A program made the position numbers and the translations under genes. Shown here piece by piece: positions 38,333 to 46,686 of a stretch of DNA of 64,000 nucleotides; positions within the stretch are counted from its first letter, which is position 1; the number at the start of each line of letters is the position of its first letter. Below the pieces are notes generated by a model, which worked only from the letters and a program-made list of their open reading frames with translations, did no database searches and was not told the DNA's origin. The stretch lies in the sequence record PP761450.1; one strand, given 5' to 3'. This DNA comes from Escherichia phage LHE287.

Positions 38333-38353
38333 AGGCCTCGTCGAATGAGGCCT
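38333..38353 (-). terminator. Intrinsic terminator
   Basis: AGGCCTC / GAGGCCT stem with 7-nt loop, TTTT downstream on the minus strand. Confidence 0.5.
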
Positions 38354-38381
38354 GGAGGGAAGTAATGTGAAGTAAAAAGTT

Positions 38382-38588
38382 TTAGTTCGGGCGAAATCTT
38401 ACAAACTCGCGAGCCAATTCGGCCTGCTCATCACTGATGGGAACCCCATGGAAGTCCGCCTGACCATTCTTCCAGCCGTGGATGAAACTCAGAGACTCTT
38501 CCCCAGATAAGACATACCCCTCACGAGATTTCAAGTACCCCCGCACGATCTCTCCGTCGTCCAGTTTGTTCAGTTCTTCTAACGTCAT
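38382..38588 (-). CDS. Hypothetical protein
   Basis: 68-aa ORF whose start overlaps the primase stop. Confidence 0.45.
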   Translation of the reverse strand: MTLEELNKLDDGEIVRGYLKSREGYVLSGEESLSFIHGWKNGQADFHGVPISDEQAELAREFVRFRPN

Positions 38589-39721
38589 CGCACTTTCCTC
38601 AGTTCAGCAAATTGTAATGATGCGGCCATACCTTGGTAAACGTTCTTGGCGATTAGCTTCAGGAGGTCTTGTATGGACATGTTGCCCTTTGATGGCATAA
38701 CCATGTCGTTGATATCCTTCCAAGGAACGTCTGGTGGGAACAGTACAACCTTGACACCTTTATCTATCATCTTCTGAATACCGTCACACACCTGCGGGTT
38801 CCGGTACTGATTATCAGGGATATAAATGTCACCCTTCACGCTCAGTAGATCAGCGTCGGCCGATGCAAGACAGTTGGGTAGGAACAGGCTGTCAATCGGA
38901 CCTTCCACAACCAGCTTGGTCTTGTGAATGTTCACCCGGTCTTCACCATACACCTTAGTGTCTTCATCCTTGGGCTTGACTGTTGCGTAGCGCAGTGTCG
39001 CATTCTTGTCGAATGCACGCCCCTGAACGATCTTCATGCGACCATCCTGAGTCCAGAACGGAATCACCAGGCGCTCGTCATCGGGGATTTTCAGCTGCTT
39101 CTCAGGGTTCGTTTCGAACTGGAGTAGATCCTGGCGGAAGTGCTGTGTGTAATACAGGAGGGACAAAGTGCTCTCCGGCAGTCCACGCCACTGTACGTAC
39201 TGTCGAGCCTTATGGTCAGGCGGTAGCAGATCAAGCCGTAGCATATTGCCGAGGAGGCTCTCGTCGCGTTTCGCCGCCACCGAGCCAATACGGGCGGTCT
39301 GTGTCAGCTTTGGTAACGGCTTCAGGGAAGGAAGTGGTCTGCCCGACGTATCACCCAGCAGACGGAACTTCTCCATGTTGTATTCTGTTGAGAGGCGCTC
39401 ATCGAACTTCTTCAACCAGAACTCAAATGACCAGCCATTCATCTGGTTGCAGTTGTGGCACTTGAACCGGAAGCAGTCATGATCCCGATCATAGAAGAAG
39501 TATCCACGGCGCTTGTTAGCAGACTTCGTGGAGTCACCGCACAGAGGGCAACGGAAGTTCGCAACAGAACCCACGCGCTCCCACTTGAACTTGTCAAGGC
39601 GAGGTGACACGTTGTTGATAAATTGCTCGTCAAGAAATTTCATTAGATCTTCTGCCTCTGGAACACTTCGGTCACAGTATAGTCTACACCACGACTTTGA
39701 GCTATACACAGTTGTTGCCAA
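38585..39721 (-). CDS. 61: DNA primase (gp61-like)
   Basis: N-terminal zinc ribbon FRCPLCGDS...KCHNCN as in T4 gp61; central EGPIDSLF motif matches the T4 primase EGPIDSLF. Confidence 0.8.
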   Translation of the reverse strand: MATTVYSSKSWCRLYCDRSVPEAEDLMKFLDEQFINNVSPRLDKFKWERVGSVANFRCPLCGDSTKSANKRRGYFFYDRDHDCFRFKCHNCNQMNGWSFEFWLKKFDERLSTEYNMEKFRLLGDTSGRPLPSLKPLPKLTQTARIGSVAAKRDESLLGNMLRLDLLPPDHKARQYVQWRGLPESTLSLLYYTQHFRQDLLQFETNPEKQLKIPDDERLVIPFWTQDGRMKIVQGRAFDKNATLRYATVKPKDEDTKVYGEDRVNIHKTKLVVEGPIDSLFLPNCLASADADLLSVKGDIYIPDNQYRNPQVCDGIQKMIDKGVKVVLFPPDVPWKDINDMVMPSKGNMSIQDLLKLIAKNVYQGMAASLQFAELRKVR

Positions 39722-39885
39722 GCCCTATACAAAATATTTGTTTACCAGCCGTGTAGTGTTCGAAGTGGGCGAAGCTGTCCAAGAGATTCATGTAGCTTTG
39801 TATGTGTCGGGGTAAAGATTTTGCTCATTGTCCTTTCCTTTTGGTGAATAATGAGCAAAATTATATGCCTTTATTTCGTATTGAC

Positions 39886-40293
39886 TTACGACAGCTGTTT
39901 CAGTTTGTAGATCGTCTGGTAACACAGCGTCTTGATTTCATCAAGAGTGTTCTGAAGGTGGGAGTCACACTGCTTGTAGATGCCATCGACGTCTATCACC
40001 ACACTGTTAATATAGGAGATAGGGTCTGGGTTGTACAATTTGATATTCTCGAATGATGGAACATACTGACCACCCGCACCGATGTATGCTTCGGTAAACG
40101 TGTCCAGCAAGTCCTCTAGATCCCCGTAGAACTCCCCGAGTGCCTTGTGCTTGGCATAGGATGTTGTAACGAAGTGTAAGGCATGAGAGTGGGCTATAGC
40201 AAGCAGTCCACGGTTGATGAAAATACTCGCATTGACCATGATGTTGTCCTCAGAAAAAGAAATCCCCCTGTATTTAAGGGGGATTGTAATCAC
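39886..40293 (-). CDS. Hypothetical protein
   Basis: 135-aa ORF. Confidence 0.45.
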   Translation of the reverse strand: MITIPLKYRGISFSEDNIMVNASIFINRGLLAIAHSHALHFVTTSYAKHKALGEFYGDLEDLLDTFTEAYIGAGGQYVPSFENIKLYNPDPISYINSVVIDVDGIYKQCDSHLQNTLDEIKTLCYQTIYKLKQLS

Positions 40294-40324
40294 TGCTTGA
40301 CAAGAACCATCTTGATGGTTTCAC

Positions 40325-40630
40325 TTAGTCTTTGTCGGCAGACTTGCCAAAGAAGAATTCGAAGCCGTCATGGACAGCAACGACTTCCTGACCTTGGGAG
40401 ATACCGTGAGTCTGATCCGGAGTCAGCTTCACCTTGATGGTGTTGCCGTTGGTTAACTCCAGGTTGTAGACATCCGCCTGATTGTCAGGAGTGATCTGGG
40501 TCACGGTAGCGCCGGAACACCACTGGGTGCCGTCAGCTTGCTTGGTGATGGATACGGTCTTACCCTGAACACCAGCATGGGTCTGGGGTTGAGCGGCTTG
40601 TTCTTTAAAATATTCGATAAACGGTTTCAT
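40325..40630 (-). CDS. Hypothetical late protein (101 aa)
   Basis: ATG with GGAG RBS, 25 bp downstream of a minus-strand TATAAATA. Confidence 0.5.
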   Translation of the reverse strand: MKPFIEYFKEQAAQPQTHAGVQGKTVSITKQADGTQWCSGATVTQITPDNQADVYNLELTNGNTIKVKLTPDQTHGISQGQEVVAVHDGFEFFFGKSADKD

Positions 40631-40654
40631 CTTAATCTCCTCGGGGATTTAAGT

Positions 40655-40662
40655 TATTTATA
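40655..40662 (-). promoter_or_regulatory. T4-type late promoter TATAAATA
   Basis: Exact TATAAATA on the minus strand upstream of the ATG at 40630. Confidence 0.45.
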
Positions 40663-40678
40663 AGCCCCCGAAGGGGCT
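40663..40678 (-). terminator. Hairpin after the large 1124-aa gene
   Basis: AGCCCCCG-AAGGGGCT inverted repeat between the stop at 40687 and the late promoter. Confidence 0.4.
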
Positions 40679-40686
40679 TTTGATGA

Positions 40687-43600
40687 TCAGATCTTAATCT
40701 GCATGTTGCCACCCAGGGACTGCTCGTACTCGCTGTATGCGCCTTCCCCGTAGTCTCGTGCCCACTGGTCAGACTGCTGGGCGCTATCCAGAGTCATCAG
40801 GTTTGGTTCAGTCGGGTTGTAACCCTTGGACTTCGCATCCCGGTACAGAGTCTGCAGGTACTGGTTGGCGCGGTCAATCTGAGCTTTGAACTCGCGATAT
40901 GCCCCTTCAGTTGTGTTGCGGCGGAAGGTGATATCCCAGTCCACGTTCAGAGTCTGACCATCACGGCTTACATAGATCTGCCAATCCAGGTCGCGACCTT
41001 TTGGTGCGTTGTCGCGGATGGAGTCGGCGTATGCCGCAAGGTCGTCCTTCGGATTGTGCGACGTGCTTTTCAGAAGTAGTGCATGACCCATACCACCGTT
41101 TGGCTGAAGAGACCATTTTCCTGTTTCTCTTCCCAGGCGTTCTATGTTGTTGAGTTGGTTTATCGACAATTCAGAAGAGTCAAATAATACCACATCACGT
41201 TTTTTGGGGGTTCTCACATAATGGGTGAGATCAATGTCGATCATCCGGTTTATAAATTCTACCACTTCAGCTTGTTTCTTTGGCAATGTGGTATTGATAT
41301 CCGGCTTGTTTGCCACTTTCTCTAGGCGTTTGTTTTCTGCGCTTATCATGGACAGCATAATTTGTGTAACTTTGCCGTCAGACAAGTTGTAATCATTCCA
41401 AATCACTTCACCTTTATCCGTGATGGTTATATCGTTCAAGAACACCTGGTTTGGGTTGTATGACTGACTTTTCAACTGTTGGAGGTTTCTGGAAAGATAT
41501 TCCATTCTTGATGATATTTCATCAATCATACTCTGGACCACATCTTTGTTCAAAGTAAGTTCATATGTCTTCGGATTGTTCAGGGTACGCCCTTTCTGAG
41601 AGACAATTGGGGTGAATGCAACTTTACCTTTGTCGTAGTAATAGGTCACGTTGGTTATCATAGAAGTACCGGCGTATTTTCCCGTTTCGGGGAAATTGAC
41701 ATCCCACCGAATGGACATACCGTTGACAGTCTCACCAAACACCATGGCGTTGCGCGGTATCTTCAAATTATCCAAAACGGATTGTTCCCCAGAATCAGTG
41801 TTCGGTGGGGTGATATTTTTCTGTTTCCACCAGGCAGTCGCCGCCTTCGTAAACTCTTTAGCCACACCAGACGGAATCGGTGGGAGTTTCAAGGTTTTGG
41901 CCAGGACACCCAAGTCTGAGCCGGACACTTCTGCAAAGGATCTTAATTTTGAGGAAGCACCGTAATACACACCATATACTGGAGTGCCAGAACTTGGTAT
42001 CACATTGATACCACCACCATACATACCTGATTTCTCACGGAACTCCAATACTGGTTGTCCATCAGGTGCCGTTTTGTTATACCAACCAACGACGACGTTC
42101 TCCAAGTTCTTTTCAACGTAGTCCGTTGCTGTTTGAACAAAATCATCAATAATCTTGGGGAATCGTTTTGGATCGCTGATGTCAACATTTTCTAACACAC
42201 CCACAGATGGCGGGAATGCTACCCATTTTTCTGCTGTTGCGTTCCAGGCATTAACAGACATCTGGACTGATTGATTACGTCGCGCAATTGACAGAGTCAG
42301 TTTGTAACGGTCTTTCACAAAGTTCTTGATGTATTCATCATCACCAAATAATTTGCCGCCAGCTGCCTTACTGTAGCCAATGTAATTCAGTAAATTGAGC
42401 CACTTGGATTTGGTAAGTTCACCGCTGTTGTCATTGCCGGTGTCATTGCTGGTGTCAACGTCCACCACCAGAATTATTTGAGAACCTTTCTTGAAAGTGT
42501 ACTGATCGTACATGCCTTTCTTCTGTTTGGTCATGGACGCACCGACCAAGTCTTGGTTGGTGAAGCCGCGCTTCATATTCCAAGATACCTCAGTCCCGTC
42601 TGGATATTTGTCAAAATTATAACCATAGAATACGGCTACTTCTTTCGAACCGCTTATCAGGCGGACGTAGTTTCCACGAATCGGGTCGCGCCCGCTCTTC
42701 AACTCCAGACCAGTGTCCGAGCTGTTGTACCACTCGCGGTTGACTTCGATTTCAGAAGAACCAGCCCCGGTTCCCACACCCCGAGCACCAATAGTGGTGT
42801 TGGAGTCAGCTGGCGCGGACTTCTGCTGAGAACCTTTCCAAAATTTTGTGGACGCCATGGTGAAATCATTCAGGATACTGATAGGGACTTGCGGTAATTT
42901 CAACTGACGAGCAATGAAATCAGCACTTTGCCCACGCACAGGTTTCTCATTCATGTATGCGCCAACATACACGCCCGGCTCATTGTAGTGGGGAGCGATA
43001 TTTGCCGTGTTCATGCGGCCTCTCTCCTTACCAGCCCATAACAACATGGGCTGATCCCCGTTTGAAGTTAATTTCCATCCGTTGGAATTATCAACAGAAG
43101 ATGAAGAACCAGCCCCGGTTCCCAAGTTTGTTTTTCTGGAATCTTCTACGTTTAGATTGAACAATTGTTTCCCAGATGAGTCGGAAGCAATAAATTCATA
43201 TTTCTTGCCACTGCGGGTACTCGTGCTGTTAACTTTGATGTTTCCAGTGTATCTTCCTGGATTCGTTTTTTGCATGAAATTGGTAATTGCAGCAGAAGGG
43301 GTTTTCATCCCAGAAATGATCCTAGCTGTCTCGGGATCAGTGAAAGACACTACGAGTTTGCGCCCATCCATCACTGTGATATCATTTCCAGACACCGAAA
43401 TATCCAAGTCTTCCATTTCAGAACGGAAATCAACACCAACAACAATGGTTTGACCAGTTCCACCCACAACGCCATCAACGCTGTTCTGAACCGGAACGTC
43501 ACCGACCTTGTCTGGATCATCCCAGGTGATACCCTGCATCTTCGGACCGTCAAATACCTGAGCCGGATCTTTACCCTTGCGCACAAGCCACACATAACCA

Positions 43601-44061
43601 CGGTCAGGGACAGGCGCGTAGGTCAGGTCCATGACATTCAGTTTCTGTTTCAGGCCGGACTGGCGGATGATCTTAGGAATCAGGGTCATACCGCGATCCA
43701 GCGCTTTCTTAGAGAAGTTGACAGCAAAGCCATCGATGGTCTTGCCCAGAGGAGTCGCCATGAATTGTTTGGTCGCTTCGATCATGGAAGCGATAACGCG
43801 CATTGGGTTCTTGAAGCGAGCGATGGCGTCAGGATAGACGGAGCCGCGCTTCTGGCCGATGAAAACCTGACGAACGCTCTTACCCAGCCCCTGAGGAGTA
43901 TAGAACTGAATGCGGTATTCCTTATCATCTTCGTCGACGAAGGTAAAGAACACATCGCCTGCGTTCTTCTTACCCATGGTCAGCTCATACGGAGCGGAGT
44001 TGAACGCTTCGTCTAACTGATCTCTTTCCTGCATGAACTGGAGGAAACTTAGCTTTGACAT
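40687..44061 (-). CDS. Large repeat-containing protein of unknown function (1124 aa)
   Basis: Uninterrupted ORF, ATG with AGGAGA RBS; internal duplicated segments (ARQLKLPQVPISILNDFTMASTKFWKG vs AKTLKLPPIPSGVAKEFTKAATAWWKQ; TGAGSS motifs); no recognisable catalytic motif. Confidence 0.7.
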   Translation of the reverse strand: MSKLSFLQFMQERDQLDEAFNSAPYELTMGKKNAGDVFFTFVDEDDKEYRIQFYTPQGLGKSVRQVFIGQKRGSVYPDAIARFKNPMRVIASMIEATKQFMATPLGKTIDGFAVNFSKKALDRGMTLIPKIIRQSGLKQKLNVMDLTYAPVPDRGYVWLVRKGKDPAQVFDGPKMQGITWDDPDKVGDVPVQNSVDGVVGGTGQTIVVGVDFRSEMEDLDISVSGNDITVMDGRKLVVSFTDPETARIISGMKTPSAAITNFMQKTNPGRYTGNIKVNSTSTRSGKKYEFIASDSSGKQLFNLNVEDSRKTNLGTGAGSSSSVDNSNGWKLTSNGDQPMLLWAGKERGRMNTANIAPHYNEPGVYVGAYMNEKPVRGQSADFIARQLKLPQVPISILNDFTMASTKFWKGSQQKSAPADSNTTIGARGVGTGAGSSEIEVNREWYNSSDTGLELKSGRDPIRGNYVRLISGSKEVAVFYGYNFDKYPDGTEVSWNMKRGFTNQDLVGASMTKQKKGMYDQYTFKKGSQIILVVDVDTSNDTGNDNSGELTKSKWLNLLNYIGYSKAAGGKLFGDDEYIKNFVKDRYKLTLSIARRNQSVQMSVNAWNATAEKWVAFPPSVGVLENVDISDPKRFPKIIDDFVQTATDYVEKNLENVVVGWYNKTAPDGQPVLEFREKSGMYGGGINVIPSSGTPVYGVYYGASSKLRSFAEVSGSDLGVLAKTLKLPPIPSGVAKEFTKAATAWWKQKNITPPNTDSGEQSVLDNLKIPRNAMVFGETVNGMSIRWDVNFPETGKYAGTSMITNVTYYYDKGKVAFTPIVSQKGRTLNNPKTYELTLNKDVVQSMIDEISSRMEYLSRNLQQLKSQSYNPNQVFLNDITITDKGEVIWNDYNLSDGKVTQIMLSMISAENKRLEKVANKPDINTTLPKKQAEVVEFINRMIDIDLTHYVRTPKKRDVVLFDSSELSINQLNNIERLGRETGKWSLQPNGGMGHALLLKSTSHNPKDDLAAYADSIRDNAPKGRDLDWQIYVSRDGQTLNVDWDITFRRNTTEGAYREFKAQIDRANQYLQTLYRDAKSKGYNPTEPNLMTLDSAQQSDQWARDYGEGAYSEYEQSLGGNMQIKI

Positions 44062-44136
44062 TTTATATCTCCTGATTGAATTAATGGCGGTTTCTTCTAA
44101 TTAGCGAAACCAAAAGGGAGCGTCAGCCCCCTTATC

Positions 44137-44472
44137 TTATTTTTGAACTTGGGCTACAGACATCGCCCAGAGCGGGAGGGTGTGGGGGTCCAGGGCTTCC
44201 AGTAGATATTCGACGCGCTCTGACATGATACCTTCAGGGAAGTTTACTTCTTCTGGTTCGTTGTTGGCCGTCCAGCCCAGAGATAACCCTTCAGCGTGAT
44301 GAATGATATAAACGAAGTCGCCTGGTTCGTAGTCCTTTTCCATCAGGGCGAAGAAATCTTCCATTTCTTCGTCGGAGAAGTAGTAGATGCGAGGTACGGA
44401 GCCGTCAGCAAAGTGCTCAGCACCCTGGAAGGCAAACATGTCATCGGCGGTGAAGTTCTTGAGTTGTGTCAT
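44137..44472 (-). CDS. Hypothetical early protein (111 aa)
   Basis: ATG at 44472 in the conserved context AGGAACTATATCATG; track start at 44556 is TTG inside the promoter. Confidence 0.5.
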   Translation of the reverse strand: MTQLKNFTADDMFAFQGAEHFADGSVPRIYYFSDEEMEDFFALMEKDYEPGDFVYIIHHAEGLSLGWTANNEPEEVNFPEGIMSERVEYLLEALDPHTLPLWAMSVAQVQK

Positions 44473-44520
44473 GATATAGTTCCTGCTTTTCAAGTTGGTG
44501 TTGTACTGCTTATGGAATGA

Positions 44521-44549
44521 AGTATAGGGAAGGATATTGAAGAAGTAAA
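44521..44549 (-). promoter_or_regulatory. Early sigma70-like promoter (TTTACT-N17-TATACT)
   Basis: -35 TTTACT, 17-bp spacer, -10 TATACT on the minus strand, right after a terminator hairpin. Confidence 0.5.
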
Positions 44550-44563
44550 GGGGCAAAAGCCCC
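44550..44563 (-). terminator. Intrinsic terminator
   Basis: GGGGC-AAAA-GCCCC stem-loop with T-run on the minus strand. Confidence 0.45.
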
Positions 44564-44578
44564 TTTTATTGAATTATT

Positions 44579-45217
44579 TTACGGCGTCAGATTCACAACC
44601 GGAATGTGGGATCGAATACCTGCGATGATGTCCTTCAGCCGAGGATTCCATCCATCCACCAAACGGGGGAGAGCGATAGCGCCAGGCTGGACCAAAATGA
44701 TGTCGCTGCCTGTGATATTGTGCTGAGGGAACTGGGCAAGGTACTGCTCCATGGTGACACCCTCATCAATCAGAACTGCACCGACGTCAGACGATGCGTA
44801 GGTTGCACCCAGGCCGTCAACACCCCATGCCAAGATACCCCAGTCAGGGATGTTAGCTTCAGATGTGATGGTGAATCCAAACACGGTGTTCAGCGAAGTA
44901 AAGGAGTAGACATCGTGGGTGATGTCATACACCAGATACCCCTTGGCCAGCATATCGGCAAAGATCGCGTCCGTATCGCCAGCAGCCGGAGTCGGTACAG
45001 TAAACAACAGCTCGCCATCAGGAGGAGCAGGATACGTGCCGAGGGCATAGAGGCACCATGCGTCAATACACTTCTTGATAAATGCCTCTGGCGCGACATA
45101 ATCAGCAAGGCGAACCGTACCTGAGTACTCTGATACGATAATGCCTTCCTTCGCACCCTGTAGAGCAATGAAGACCAAGATATGTTCATATCCGGCCTGA
45201 GATGGAGTGATGTTCAT
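44579..45217 (-). CDS. Hypothetical protein
   Basis: ATG at 45217 overlapping the stop of the upstream SLT gene by 1 nt; track start (45313) would overlap that gene by about 100 nt. Confidence 0.5.
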   Translation of the reverse strand: MNITPSQAGYEHILVFIALQGAKEGIIVSEYSGTVRLADYVAPEAFIKKCIDAWCLYALGTYPAPPDGELLFTVPTPAAGDTDAIFADMLAKGYLVYDITHDVYSFTSLNTVFGFTITSEANIPDWGILAWGVDGLGATYASSDVGAVLIDEGVTMEQYLAQFPQHNITGSDIILVQPGAIALPRLVDGWNPRLKDIIAGIRSHIPVVNLTP

Positions 45218-45831
45218 TATCTTGTCCTCTTCAGTTTCTCTATTGTGTGCTTGTTCATGGCGATCACCTGAGGATCTACCTCGGAGATGGTCCGGCCTTC
45301 GAAAGACACACATTTCTGAAGATATTTAGCTTTCTTCACGACGTCGGCAGCATAAGCGTTCGATGCGGGATTACGGGCGAAGCCAGCATTGTAAGAGGAG
45401 AGGGATTTGCGGATATTCTGATTGTGATAGGTCAGCCAGAACTGCATCTCATCGAGGGCGGCTTGCGCGGCATATTCTTGGTCGGTCAGCAACTTTATGG
45501 CGACATTGGCATAACACTTGCGATTCTTACAACCTTCGCGATCACCAACTGTCTTCACCTTGTTCTGAAAGGCTCCCATGTTGGCCGCCTTGAGGCCGTA
45601 TCGCATTGACACTACATCTTCGCCAGCGCGGCTCTCTCGCCAAGATATGGCGGCCAGCGTGTAGCCAAGATCTTGTGTCTTGCCTACGTGATAGGCGGTT
45701 GCCATCGTATTAAGTTGTTGCTCGGAGAAATTATAAACACATTGACTTGTATTTTGGGAAGCGTGCACATTCCCGCTGGCAATGGTAAAGGTCACGGACA
45801 AGGCCATGGCCTTCAACGTTGTCATCGTCAT
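45217..45831 (-). CDS. Secreted lytic transglycosylase (SLT domain)
   Basis: N-terminal signal peptide (MTMTTLKAMALSVTFTIASGNVHA); SLT motifs AISWRESRAG, GAFQ, YNAG. Confidence 0.7.
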   Translation of the reverse strand: MTMTTLKAMALSVTFTIASGNVHASQNTSQCVYNFSEQQLNTMATAYHVGKTQDLGYTLAAISWRESRAGEDVVSMRYGLKAANMGAFQNKVKTVGDREGCKNRKCYANVAIKLLTDQEYAAQAALDEMQFWLTYHNQNIRKSLSSYNAGFARNPASNAYAADVVKKAKYLQKCVSFEGRTISEVDPQVIAMNKHTIEKLKRTR

Positions 45832-45897
45832 GATGGCGTTCCTTATGTTTTGTCGACTTGCAGCTCGCTTGAGCCTCCTGACAGGGGTTAAAAGATA

Positions 45898-45923
45898 AAG
45901 GGCACGTGGTATTTAGTGCCCTT
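45898..45923 (-). terminator. Intrinsic terminator
   Basis: AAGGGCAC / GTGCCCTT 8-bp stem with T-rich tail on the minus strand. Confidence 0.45.
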
Positions 45924-45928
45924 CAGCC

Positions 45929-46213
45929 TCATTCGTAGATGAGGTGGTAGGATTCCTCGATACACTCCAGCCAGCCATAGACGAACTGTAGAGGGTCATC
46001 CCATGCCGTCTTGGTCGCGACGGTAAAGTTGCCGTCCAGGATCTGCATATCTTGGTACTTGTTGAAAGCGAGTACAGCATCAACCACAATCAGGCCGCCC
46101 TGCTCAAGATAACGATTCGGAGTGACGGTCACTTGGTAATGAGGATTCCTGCGATTCCATATCTCCACAGCAATGTCACAGGATTCCTGAATTTCATCTT
46201 TGTTTTCTGACAT
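45929..46213 (-). CDS. Hypothetical protein
   Basis: 94-aa ORF. Confidence 0.45.
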   Translation of the reverse strand: MSENKDEIQESCDIAVEIWNRRNPHYQVTVTPNRYLEQGGLIVVDAVLAFNKYQDMQILDGNFTVATKTAWDDPLQFVYGWLECIEESYHLIYE

Positions 46214-46523
46214 ACGTTTGTCTCAGATGTTCAGTAAAGGATTTACCCAGCTTGCGGAATAGTTTAATACGCCCGACGACTTTGACGTAAACATCTCCGT
46301 GGCAGGGGCGCGGCTTACACCAGCACCCCAATACCTTCCCGTCAAGATCAAGGAGTTCATCCTCAGTGATATCCCCTTCAATCAGGCGCACATACAGGTC
46401 GTCCTCAAACAGTTCGATACAGACGCCTCGTCCATGGTCTTTGACCTCAAACGGGTTCCCCCATTTACCAGGCCGACCAATGTAGACGTCATATGGCTCC
46501 TTCTTGAAGTGGACGACTTTCAT
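46194..46523 (-). CDS. DUF4326-like small protein
   Basis: YDVYIGRPGKWGNPF ... GCWCKPRPCHGD pattern typical of the DUF4326 family. Confidence 0.45.
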   Translation of the reverse strand: MKVVHFKKEPYDVYIGRPGKWGNPFEVKDHGRGVCIELFEDDLYVRLIEGDITEDELLDLDGKVLGCWCKPRPCHGDVYVKVVGRIKLFRKLGKSFTEHLRQTYVRKQR

Positions 46524-46686
46524 TTCAGGATTTGACCTGCAAGTAGATAACAGAACCAGACAGAGAACCCGAGATACCCCAGTGATTTCAGGTAGTTTTT
46601 CCTTTCGACTTCACGAGAAAATGCAACGATGTCAATGATGCATGCAAAGATCAGTATTGCGAGTTTAATTTGTTCGTAGTTCATGA

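Noticed and set aside
40687-44061. DNA polymerase or tail fibre assignment for the 1124-aa protein
   Set aside because: No polymerase or exonuclease motifs and no obvious beta-helix or collagen-like fibre repeats seen by eye; left as unknown
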